NCBI GenBank assembly: GCA_050291935.1
Contig: JBNKKR010000004.1
Location: forward strand, 3,206-67,205
Length of the DNA stretch: 64,000 bases
Reading direction: 5' to 3'
From: Desulfocapsaceae bacterium
Lineage (GTDB): Bacteria; Desulfobacterota; Desulfobulbia; Desulfobulbales; Desulfocapsaceae
The number at the start of each line of letters is the position of its first letter. Position 1 is the first letter of the stretch. The position numbers were made by a program, and so were the translations under genes. Below, in pieces: positions 30,413 through 37,642 of the stretch. The notes beneath the pieces were generated by a model. The model did no database searches. It was not told the DNA's origin and was given only the letters and a program-made list of their open reading frames with translations.

Positions 30413-31543
30413 ATGAAAAGATACCTTAAAGAGTCAATAAAAGAAGATCTCAAAACAAAAATGGTCTTTGTTGGTGGACCAAGACAAGTGGGGAAAACGA
30501 CTTTGTCGCTTGGTATTCTTGGGGGCGATGAGCAGCATCCCGCCTATCTTAACTGGGATTATGTTGATGATAAACGCTTGCTATTGCAGGGCGGTTTGCC
30601 ATCAGGACAAAATCTGGTGGTGTTGGATGAAATTCACAAATACAAACAGTGGAGAAATTTTGTTAAGGGGTTATATGATAAAAATAAATCCACTGTTTCG
30701 TTTTTGATAACCGGTTCTGCCAGGCTGGATTATTATCGTAAAGGCGGGGATTCTCTGCAGGGCCGCTACCACTACTATCGTTTACATCCACTTTCTCTGT
30801 ATGAGTTGAATGATTGCCCAAATGAGCATGATCTTGAGCTGCTTATGCAATTTGGAGGTTTTCCGGAGCCATTTTTTGCAGGTTCAGAAAGGGACTGGAA
30901 ACGTTGGCAGCGTGAGCGACAGTCAAGGGTTATCCATGAAGACCTTGTGTCTTTAGAGCAGGTTCGGGAGGTGAGTCAACTGGATTTACTGGCCATGCTC
31001 CTGCAAGATAGAGTTGCATCACTTTTATCAATAAATGGACTCCGGGAAGATCTGCATGCTTCCCATGAGGCCGTTAGCCGGTGGGTGCAGATTTTTGAAA
31101 ACTTGTATTACTGTTTCCGGATCAGGCCCTATGGTCCAAAAAAAATTAAAGCGCTCAAAAAAGATCGAAAATTGTATCTTTGGGATTGGTCTCTGTGTCA
31201 GGATAGAGGTGGGCGGTTTGAAAATTTAGTTGCGTCCAACTTGCTCAAGTATTGTCATTACCATGAAGATGTCTATGGTGATGCAATGGAGTTGTGCTTT
31301 TTAAGAGATAATAACCAGCGTGAAGTTGATTTTGTTGTTTTGCGTGATGGAGTCCCGCTCTTTGCTGTTGAATGCAAAGTTGGTGAAAAGACTGTGAGTA
31401 AGCATCTTGCCTATTTTGCAGGGCGTACTGATATTCCACTTTTCTATCAAGTACATATGGGAAAGGACGACTATGAAATAAAAGATTTTCGCACAAGAGT
31501 CCTGCCTTTTACACGGTTTGCTGGAGAAATTTTGAAGGTTTGA
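30413..31543 (+). CDS. AAA ATPase with C-terminal DUF4143 (PD-(D/E)xK-like) domain, paralog 1
   Basis: Walker A GGPRQVGKTT, Walker B VVLDEIH, C-terminal EVDFVVL...FAVECKVGEK nuclease-like motif. The ATG at 30413 (MKRYLKES) is preferred over the tracked TTG at 30383. Confidence 0.8.
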   Translation: MKRYLKESIKEDLKTKMVFVGGPRQVGKTTLSLGILGGDEQHPAYLNWDYVDDKRLLLQGGLPSGQNLVVLDEIHKYKQWRNFVKGLYDKNKSTVSFLITGSARLDYYRKGGDSLQGRYHYYRLHPLSLYELNDCPNEHDLELLMQFGGFPEPFFAGSERDWKRWQRERQSRVIHEDLVSLEQVREVSQLDLLAMLLQDRVASLLSINGLREDLHASHEAVSRWVQIFENLYYCFRIRPYGPKKIKALKKDRKLYLWDWSLCQDRGGRFENLVASNLLKYCHYHEDVYGDAMELCFLRDNNQREVDFVVLRDGVPLFAVECKVGEKTVSKHLAYFAGRTDIPLFYQVHMGKDDYEIKDFRTRVLPFTRFAGEILKV

Positions 31544-31673
31544 CGGTGTGCTACTGGGTGGCATTCCCCCTTCCATTGCATTCTTTCCCCACCCCATATT
31601 CGTTTTCTTTTGCTGTTGTCGCTTTGCTGTTTCTGTACTATATTGCACCTAAGACGCAAAAAAGGAGGCGTAA

Positions 31674-32840
31674 ATGGAAACTTTAGTGCGATATTTTCGG
31701 GAGCCAAAACAGAGTTTTTTTCTTTTTGGTCCCAGAGGTACCGGGAAATCGACCTGGCTAAAGCAGCACTACTCAAATGCTGTCCTGATTGATCTCTTAG
31801 CGCCAGAGGCTTTCCGGGCTTACTCTGCAAAACCGGAACGATTGCGTGAAATCGCTAAAGCGGCTGAAGGGAAGATAATAATTATTGATGAAGTTCAAAA
31901 GGTTCCTGAACTTCTGGATGTTGTCCATGAGCTTATTGAAAGTGAGGGGAAATTCCAGTTTATCTTGTCCGGCTCCAGTGCTCGTAAACTCAAAAGGACG
32001 GGTGTTGATCTATTGGCGGGCCGTGCCGTTGTGAAATCAATGCATCCATTTTTGGCCGCCGAATTGGATGATGCTTTCAGTCTTGAACAAAGTTTGCAAA
32101 CAGGTTTAGTTCCATTGGTGATAAACTCCCCTGATCCCGAGGAAACCCTTGCTTCCTATATTGCACTCTATTTAAGGGAAGAAGTGCAGATGGAGGGAGC
32201 GGTAAGAAACATAGGCGCATTTGGTCGGTTTCTGGAAGCGGTAAGTTTTTCACATGGCTCCACATTAAATGTTTCCGAAGTTGCAAGGGAGTGCCAGGTA
32301 AAACGCAAAACGGTGGATAATTACCTTGCTGTACTTGATGATCTTCTTCTTTCATTCCAGGTGCCGGTTTTTTCACGGCGCGCTAAGCGGCACCTGATTT
32401 CCCACCCCAAATTTTATTATTTTGATAGTGGAGTGTTTCGCTCTTTACGTCCCGCAGGTCCTCTGGACAGTCCTCAGGAGATTGATGGCGGTGCTCTTGA
32501 GGGGCTCGTTGCCCAGCATTTTAGAGCCTGGATCGCATATGGCAACAAGGATTGTATCCTCTATTATTGGCGGACAAAGGCTGGGGTCGAGGTTGATTTT
32601 GTCCTTTATGGAAAAGAGACTTTTTGGGCAGTCGAAGTCAAGAATACAGCAAGAGTTCACAAGAAAATGGTAAGAGGGCTAATTGCCTTTAAAGAGGATT
32701 ATCCAGAAGCACAAACGGTGTTGTTGTATCGTGGTAATGAGCATCTTGTTCTTGGTGGCGTGTTGTGTGTGCCTTGTGAATGTTTTCTTCAAGGCTTGGT
32801 TCCTGGTAAACCGATAGTCGCCGGGAAGTTTAGCCCTTAA
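31674..32840 (+). CDS. AAA ATPase with C-terminal DUF4143 (PD-(D/E)xK-like) domain, paralog 2
   Basis: Walker A GPRGTGKST, Walker B IIIDEVQ, C-terminal GVEVDFVLYG...WAVEVKNT. Strong AAGGAGG Shine-Dalgarno upstream. Confidence 0.8.
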   Translation: METLVRYFREPKQSFFLFGPRGTGKSTWLKQHYSNAVLIDLLAPEAFRAYSAKPERLREIAKAAEGKIIIIDEVQKVPELLDVVHELIESEGKFQFILSGSSARKLKRTGVDLLAGRAVVKSMHPFLAAELDDAFSLEQSLQTGLVPLVINSPDPEETLASYIALYLREEVQMEGAVRNIGAFGRFLEAVSFSHGSTLNVSEVARECQVKRKTVDNYLAVLDDLLLSFQVPVFSRRAKRHLISHPKFYYFDSGVFRSLRPAGPLDSPQEIDGGALEGLVAQHFRAWIAYGNKDCILYYWRTKAGVEVDFVLYGKETFWAVEVKNTARVHKKMVRGLIAFKEDYPEAQTVLLYRGNEHLVLGGVLCVPCECFLQGLVPGKPIVAGKFSP

Positions 32841-33124
32841 GGGTATTTTCTTGAAGTATGGAGTATATTCAGCACGGTAACAGTCTTGCTAGCTTCGTCA
32901 ATTGTGATAATAGCAATAAAAGGGAGGTGATTTATTACACATTCCCTTGTCCCCGCTACTCGTCCTTTTCTGCTTCTATTCGGAAAAATATGTAAGGATT
33001 CTGTTTCTTCTTTAATTTTTACTAACATTTTATTGGCAAACAAAATTGATACTTTATCGGCATAATATAATAGTATGTCTGTTAGATCTTGTTCTGCCAT
33101 TTGGGTCCAAATAATTTCGTACAT
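32837..33124 (-). CDS. type II toxin, RelE/ParE family
   Basis: 95 aa. MYEIIWTQMAEQDLTDILLYYADK... is typical of ParE-like toxins. Directly downstream of a Phd/YefM-type gene. Confidence 0.8.
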   Translation of the reverse strand: MYEIIWTQMAEQDLTDILLYYADKVSILFANKMLVKIKEETESLHIFPNRSRKGRVAGTRECVINHLPFIAIITIDEASKTVTVLNILHTSRKYP

Positions 33125-33127
33125 CGT

Positions 33128-33421
33128 TTATTCGTTGAGTAGTTTCGATACTCTTTTTATGACGTCATCATGTTTGGATAATGGCAAAGAAGTGTCATGC
33201 AAACTATCCAGTGATTTTTGAATCTTAGCTGTAAACCACTCATCGTATCCTTCTTCTTTTTCCAGGAACATTTCACTTATGAAAGTGTTTTTAGCATCTT
33301 CCATAGAAATCATAATACCAACAGGCCTGCTATTTTTTGTAACTATCACGGGTTCCCTTTGCATGGCATCAAGGAACGCGCCAAATCTGTTTTTTGCTTC
33401 TACTGAAGTCATTGTTTTCAT
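33128..33421 (-). CDS. type II antitoxin, Phd/YefM family
   Basis: 97 aa. TSVEAKNRFGAFLDAMQREPVIVTKNSRPVGIMISMEDA matches the Phd/YefM fold consensus. Confidence 0.8.
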   Translation of the reverse strand: MKTMTSVEAKNRFGAFLDAMQREPVIVTKNSRPVGIMISMEDAKNTFISEMFLEKEEGYDEWFTAKIQKSLDSLHDTSLPLSKHDDVIKRVSKLLNE

Positions 33422-33490
33422 TATAAGCTCCGTGTCAAAATGAAAAATTAACTATTCTAACTAAAATATCTATATTAAGCAGTATAGTTG

Positions 33491-33508
33491 TTGCTTTTGG
33501 AAAAGCAA
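33491..33508. promoter_or_regulatory. perfect palindrome upstream of the phd/parE pair (possible antitoxin operator, or hairpin after the upstream ATPase gene)
   Basis: TTGCTTTTGGAAAAGCAA, with 8-bp arms, lies 70-87 nt upstream of the antitoxin start at 33421. Confidence 0.3.
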
Positions 33509-33579
33509 ATTTTACAAACCAAAGAAATGAATTATCTGTCGCTGGAGGACAAACCGGTGAATTTCTCAGTCCTCCTCTG

Positions 33580-34842
33580 TCAGGTTTGTGTTCCACTTTT
33601 TGTCTGCCAAAGGCAGGAAATGGGAACTGCATAGAGATTGCGGCCAAATGGTACAACCGAGTCACCGTCATACAGTACTACTCCGGCTGTAAACCTTTCT
33701 TTAATGGATTCCTGGAGTTTTCGTAGCCCTTTGAAATCTTCACCGGTTACCGTTGCTGCGGCTTTCACTTCAACACCGGCCACGAGGCCTCTGGACTCCA
33801 GGACAATATCTATTTCAATTTTGTCCTTGCTGCGGAAATGACTGAAGGTTATTACATCATCGTACCAGCTTGCAAGTCTACGTAATTCTTGATAGATAAA
33901 AGTTTCCAGCAGGTGCCCGAAAAGAGCACGATCCTTCCACAGCATCTCTGCATCCAGCCCTAGTAAAGCACAGGCTAATCCGGTATCATCAAAGTGTAAT
34001 TTGGGGGTTTTGATAAGGCGTTTTAACCGGTTACTGTGCCAGGGAGGCAGCTCCTCCAGTAAGAATATCCGTGACAGCAGTGTTATATATTCACGGATAG
34101 TAGGACGGCTTATCTGGAAGGGTGCTGCAAGCTCGGTTATGTTGATCAGGCATGCCGTTTGTCCGGCAGCAAGGGTCAATAAACGCGGCAAAGTATCCAG
34201 AGCGCCGATACGTGCCAGATCTTGAATATCACGCTGAATCAACGTATCGGCATAATCCTTATACCATGTCATTTGCCGTCGTGGTGTGGCACGCGCAAGC
34301 GCTGCTGGATAACCTCCGGATGCCACTCGAACGGCGAGTTTTGCGCCCAGCCGTTTGCTCGAGTGTTCTGCCTGAAAGGAAGCGTTGAAAAGTGATGACA
34401 GGAAATTGGTATCTTCACCTGCTAGTTCTGCCTGAGATAAAGGGTGTAGCCGCAGGATTTCCATACGACCAGCCAGCGAGTCACCCAACCTGGGTACCAG
34501 CAGTACATTCGCTGAACCAGTCAAAATGAAGCGGCCAGGTTCCCGCCGCCTATCCACTTCCGCTTTTAAAGATGTGAATAACTCCGGTACCCGTTGCACT
34601 TCATCAAGGATTATCCGCTCCGGTAGATCGGCCACATATCCGACAGGATCAGCTTGAGCTGCTGCTCGCTGTACATCGTCATCAAAGGTGTAATACGTAA
34701 AATTTTCTTCTTCCCCGACCAACTGCGCCAAGGTGGTCTTCCCGCATTGTCGCGGCCCATGAATCAGTACCACAGGTGTGTCTGCCAGGGCCTCGACAAC
34801 ACGATCACGAAGATAACGAGGATATAAATTCTGGTTTGTCAT
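33580..34842 (-). CDS. AAA ATPase with C-terminal DUF4143 (PD-(D/E)xK-like) domain, paralog 3
   Basis: Walker A GPRQCGKTT, Walker B IILDEVQ, C-terminal IEIDIVLE...VAGVEVKAAAT. The ATG at 34842 (MTNQNLYPRYL) is preferred over the tracked 34863. Confidence 0.8.
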   Translation of the reverse strand: MTNQNLYPRYLRDRVVEALADTPVVLIHGPRQCGKTTLAQLVGEEENFTYYTFDDDVQRAAAQADPVGYVADLPERIILDEVQRVPELFTSLKAEVDRRREPGRFILTGSANVLLVPRLGDSLAGRMEILRLHPLSQAELAGEDTNFLSSLFNASFQAEHSSKRLGAKLAVRVASGGYPAALARATPRRQMTWYKDYADTLIQRDIQDLARIGALDTLPRLLTLAAGQTACLINITELAAPFQISRPTIREYITLLSRIFLLEELPPWHSNRLKRLIKTPKLHFDDTGLACALLGLDAEMLWKDRALFGHLLETFIYQELRRLASWYDDVITFSHFRSKDKIEIDIVLESRGLVAGVEVKAAATVTGEDFKGLRKLQESIKERFTAGVVLYDGDSVVPFGRNLYAVPISCLWQTKSGTQT

Positions 34843-34866
34843 AGCGGCTAATCGTAAAAACAAAGC

Positions 34867-34923
34867 CGACTAATTGCAAGATTTATCCCGACCAATTGAA
34901 AGTTTTTTGGCGACTAATTGAAA
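34867..34923. repeat. three 13-nt direct repeats, CGAC(T/C)AATTG(C/A)AA, at an exact 22-bp period
   Basis: Copies start at 34867 (CGACTAATTGCAA), 34889 (CGACCAATTGAAA) and 34911 (CGACTAATTGAAA). Each contains the palindromic core CAATTG. They lie 25-80 nt upstream of the paralog-3 ATPase start. Confidence 0.85.
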
Positions 34924-34938
34924 ACTTAAAGAGTGGCG

Positions 34939-34956
34939 TTCTTTAGGTTCTTTAGG
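34939..34956. repeat. tandem 9-mer TTCTTTAGG x2
   Basis: TTCTTTAGGTTCTTTAGG read directly, in the same intergenic region as the 22-bp periodic repeats. Confidence 0.8.
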
Positions 34957-35000
34957 TAGATAAATTAACAAATATTGGCTATGATATTCCTAAAAAAGGT

Positions 35001-35214
35001 ATGTTTTGCCCCAAGAAGTGCTGTTTTGACGATTGCTTTTCATATCAAGCAACTACAGCAAGAGATACAATGGACCCAAGCCGAATGAGCTGGGAAGATG
35101 GGGGCAAGCAAAAACAGATATCAGCTTATGCGCGGGGGGAATGCTCCATCAACAGATGTTTTGATCAAACTGTCTGGAGTATTTGATGTTACGCTTAATC
35201 ATCTTGCATTTTGA
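35001..35214 (+). pseudogene. frameshifted XRE-family helix-turn-helix gene remnant
   Basis: The tracked ORF ends ...KQISAYARGECSINRCF*. Shifting +1 at the G-run GCGCGGGGGGAA continues as NAPSTDVLIKLSGVFDVTLNHLAF*. Joined, this gives the typical HTH_XRE pattern ISxYERGxxxPSxDxLxKLxxxFxVxxxxL. Confidence 0.6.
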
Positions 35215-35238
35215 CCTACTTTTAGGAGTTGTAACGAC

Positions 35239-35448
35239 ATGACAAATATATTCACAGCAGTTGTTCATAAGGAAGAAAATCTCTATGTAGCCGAATGTTC
35301 TGAGGTAGGCACTGCAAGCCAGGGAGAGACTATTGAAGAAGCGGTGAGTAACCTAAAAGAAGCAACTGAACTTTACCTTGAAGAATTTCCCATCAAGCAG
35401 ACCTTTAGACCTTTTTTGACTACGTTTGAGGTCGCGGCCCATGCCTGA
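35239..35448 (+). CDS. hicB: type II antitoxin, HicB family (UPF0150 small form)
   Basis: 69 aa. FTAVVHKEENLYVAECSEVGTASQGETIEEAVSNLKEATELYLEE is the HicB/UPF0150 fold signature. Confidence 0.75.
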   Translation: MTNIFTAVVHKEENLYVAECSEVGTASQGETIEEAVSNLKEATELYLEEFPIKQTFRPFLTTFEVAAHA

Positions 35449-35500
35449 AATCCCGCGAATATCTGGCGAGGAGGCTAATAGCAGGCATTATAGTTGTTAA
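35441..35500 (+). pseudogene. hicA: truncated hicA (YcfA-like toxin) remnant
   Basis: An ATG overlapping the hicB stop (ATGCCTGA) opens MPEIPRISGEEANSRHYSC*. The first 12 residues match the HicA N-terminus (MPxLPxxSGxE), then the frame diverges and stops after 19 codons. Confidence 0.55.
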
Positions 35501-35642
35501 TTTTGTAAAAAATAATAACAATTCTTGAAATAGTTGTTTTGACTATTTACAGATCGTATAAAGTGTGATACTAGTGCAACAAATGGCGTTTGTCTTTTTG
35601 AAGACAGACGGTTTGTTAGGGCAAAATAATTGGGGTGTGAAA

Positions 35643-36365
35643 ATGAAAAAGAGATATATTTTGGCTCTCTGTTCCGCAGCGCTGTGCTTTGCGATAACAG
35701 GGATGGCACAGGCTGCTACGGTTAGTACCACTGAGATCACAGGAACAGTTGAGGAAATCGATTCTATTTCCAGCTATTCGACATCAGGTATAACCATGGC
35801 GGGAATGGAGGTAACCGTAACGTTTTCAGATTTTACGACGGAGACCATTTCCTGGGGAAGTAGTGGGTATGGTTCTGGTGCTGAGGGAACCGGCTGGTCT
35901 TTGACTATGTCTGATCCAAGTACAACCACCTATTTTGATGCATACTGGGATTTTGATGTGACTGATTCTAGTAAGTCTGTTTTGAGCATCGCTTTGGATG
36001 GTTTTGCTAATAATGTTGTTTTTGACGATGATGTTACGGGGGTAGGTAGTGTTGGTTCTGGATATGGTAATTCGCTTACGATTGATGCCTACACTGCACC
36101 TGATACTACATACGATGGATTGATCAATGTGTCGTATATTGGTGGAGTGCAAATAGCTGGACAGGCGTTGGTTGGTGATTTATATCAAAGCATGTTGATT
36201 GAATTTGCTGGAGATGCTTTCACTGCTGCTGATGAGTTTTACTTCTTGCAAGATACGGACAATATGGCAAATCCGATTCCTGAACCTGCTACGGTGCTAC
36301 TTTTGGGCCTAGGCGTTGCTGGATTGGCTGGAGGTCGTTTACGACGGAAGGGAGTGAAGAAGTAA
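35643..36365 (+). CDS. PEP-CTERM sorting-domain secreted protein
   Basis: Signal peptide MKKRYILALCSAALCFAITGMAQA. Ser/Thr/Gly/Asp-rich body. C-terminal IPEPATVLLLGLGVAGLAGGRLRRKG (PEP motif, TM, Arg-rich tail). The ATG at 35643 is preferred over the tracked start at 35565. Confidence 0.9.
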   Translation: MKKRYILALCSAALCFAITGMAQAATVSTTEITGTVEEIDSISSYSTSGITMAGMEVTVTFSDFTTETISWGSSGYGSGAEGTGWSLTMSDPSTTTYFDAYWDFDVTDSSKSVLSIALDGFANNVVFDDDVTGVGSVGSGYGNSLTIDAYTAPDTTYDGLINVSYIGGVQIAGQALVGDLYQSMLIEFAGDAFTAADEFYFLQDTDNMANPIPEPATVLLLGLGVAGLAGGRLRRKGVKK

Positions 36366-36394
36366 TTTTTTTCTCCAATAACATTGAGTGTTTG

Positions 36395-36431
36395 AAAAAG
36401 CTGATGTCCATGTTGACATCAGCTTTTTTTG
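36395..36431 (+). terminator. Rho-independent terminator after the PEP-CTERM gene
   Basis: AGCTGATGTC-CATGTT-GACATCAGCT followed by T7 and preceded by an A-run, so it could act in both directions. Confidence 0.85.
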
Positions 36432-36482
36432 TTTACAGTACACTTTTTCTCCAGTATTGAGTCATATTGTTAATGGCGTGAC

Positions 36483-37385
36483 CTATGCGCTTACAAGTAG
36501 TTCAAGGCTGCTAATAATCCTTGGTATCGCATCCGTCGTTTGCGGGCTACATATTTTATGGATTTGCACTTGCTGTAGAAGAAGGGAACAGCAATCGAGC
36601 AGCGTGGTGTATTCTTCTTTAGATAGCGCAGTATGGTATTTTGCAAAGTATTGATTGCTAAGAAGGTGAAACAATTTTTCCGATTCAGTTAGTTGCTGAA
36701 TAGTTACAGTGTTTCCTCGTTCCAAGATTACAATATTGCATAAGGGAGAGTTGTGTTGTGCTAGTTGGTTACTTTGAATGTTAACAGCATGCTTGGGAAG
36801 TATTGGAGAAATAAGAGGGAATTTCTCCAGATTTAGCCCTATGGCTCGCATGGCATCGTACCACAATTTTATTCTTGGAATACCTAATGGAATAATTGGT
36901 TTTCCCTCTGGAACGATTGAGACTGCCGTTACATCGTCAGTTAAAAATTTATGTCCTTTGGTAACTAACGCAGCGGTAATTGTAGATTTTCCAAACCCCT
37001 TGTCTCCAACAAGCATTACCCCCTTATTCATGATGGTTACAGAACTAGCGTGAAAGACACTAAACCCCATCTGTTTAAGCAAGGTAGCCATAACAATGGC
37101 ATAAAGTGGCTGTAGTATCAGGTTGGAGAACTCAACGGAAAGAGAGTGCGGTGTGATAACGATTTTGTTGGCATCCTCTATGTTATATGACGCCACCTCT
37201 GGCCAGCAAATAACAAGTCCATCGCCATTGTCTGAAACCACAACCTTTTCGTCAACGACGGGTGGAGAAGGAAAATACGCGCTTTCGGAGACTGATACCT
37301 CATACTCCCCTGAATGTGCTACATTGAATCCGGGGAGTGCTCGATATGACCGGATACCAAATCCATAAGCTTCACAAAAAAACAC
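36483..37385 (-). CDS. HPr kinase/phosphorylase-like kinase (HprK C-terminal domain family), lasso-cluster associated
   Basis: 300 aa. P-loop GVMLVGDKGFGKSTITAALVTKGHKFLTDDV resembles the HprK catalytic core. Immediately downstream of the precursor gene. GTG start without a clear Shine-Dalgarno, so the start is uncertain. Confidence 0.75.
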   Translation of the reverse strand: MFFCEAYGFGIRSYRALPGFNVAHSGEYEVSVSESAYFPSPPVVDEKVVVSDNGDGLVICWPEVASYNIEDANKIVITPHSLSVEFSNLILQPLYAIVMATLLKQMGFSVFHASSVTIMNKGVMLVGDKGFGKSTITAALVTKGHKFLTDDVTAVSIVPEGKPIIPLGIPRIKLWYDAMRAIGLNLEKFPLISPILPKHAVNIQSNQLAQHNSPLCNIVILERGNTVTIQQLTESEKLFHLLSNQYFAKYHTALSKEEYTTLLDCCSLLLQQVQIHKICSPQTTDAIPRIISSLELLVSA

Positions 37386-37414
37386 TGTGATCTGAACGAA
37401 TAAGACTCTCGCAG

Positions 37415-37450
37415 AATGCTAGACCAAAGTGCAAATGGTCAGCTAGCATT
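37415..37450 (-). promoter_or_regulatory. stem-loop 4 nt downstream of the precursor stop codon (possible attenuator or mRNA stabiliser)
   Basis: AATGCTA/TAGCATT outer stem plus GACCA/TGGTC inner stem with a small bulge. No U-tract follows on the minus-strand transcript, so it is not a classical terminator. Confidence 0.45.
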
Positions 37451-37454
37451 TTTG

Positions 37455-37640
37455 TCAACTGCAACCTATAGTACCTAAACCAGGTATCGAGCAATCACTT
37501 GGACCGCTGTTAGCTTCTCCTTTTGTTAGCTCTGATGCCTTTCCTAGCCTAGCTACTGTGGGCGCTTCATATATTGGTTTTTTTGCCATTTTTCCTGAGT
37601 TACAAGAAATTTCAGGTTTGTTTGATCGCCGATAATGCAT
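37455..37640 (-). CDS. lasso peptide precursor (A peptide)
   Basis: MHYRRSNKPEISCNSGK-MAKKPIYEAPTVARLGKASELTK|GEANSGPSDCSIPGLGTIGCS. The leader fits YxxPx(L/V)x3Gx5Tx-G exactly (Y-17, P-14, V-12, T-2). The core starts with Gly1 and has Asp9 as the only acidic residue at positions 7-9. Two possible starts exist: ATG 37640 (GGGGG 5 nt upstream, 2 nt after the cyclase stop) or ATG 37589 (AGGA 3 nt upstream). Confidence 0.85.
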   Translation of the reverse strand: MHYRRSNKPEISCNSGKMAKKPIYEAPTVARLGKASELTKGEANSGPSDCSIPGLGTIGCS

Positions 37641-37642
37641 AA

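Noticed and set aside
33435-33671. 78-aa minus-strand ORF spanning the end of ATPase paralog 3
   Set aside because: It overlaps the ATPase 3' end in another frame and extends into the promoter region of phd/parE. Nothing supports it as coding.
36388-36654. 88-aa plus-strand ORF after the PEP-CTERM gene
   Set aside because: It starts inside the terminator hairpin (36395..36431) and overlaps the 3' end of the HprK-like gene in antisense. It has no Shine-Dalgarno and no recognisable motifs.
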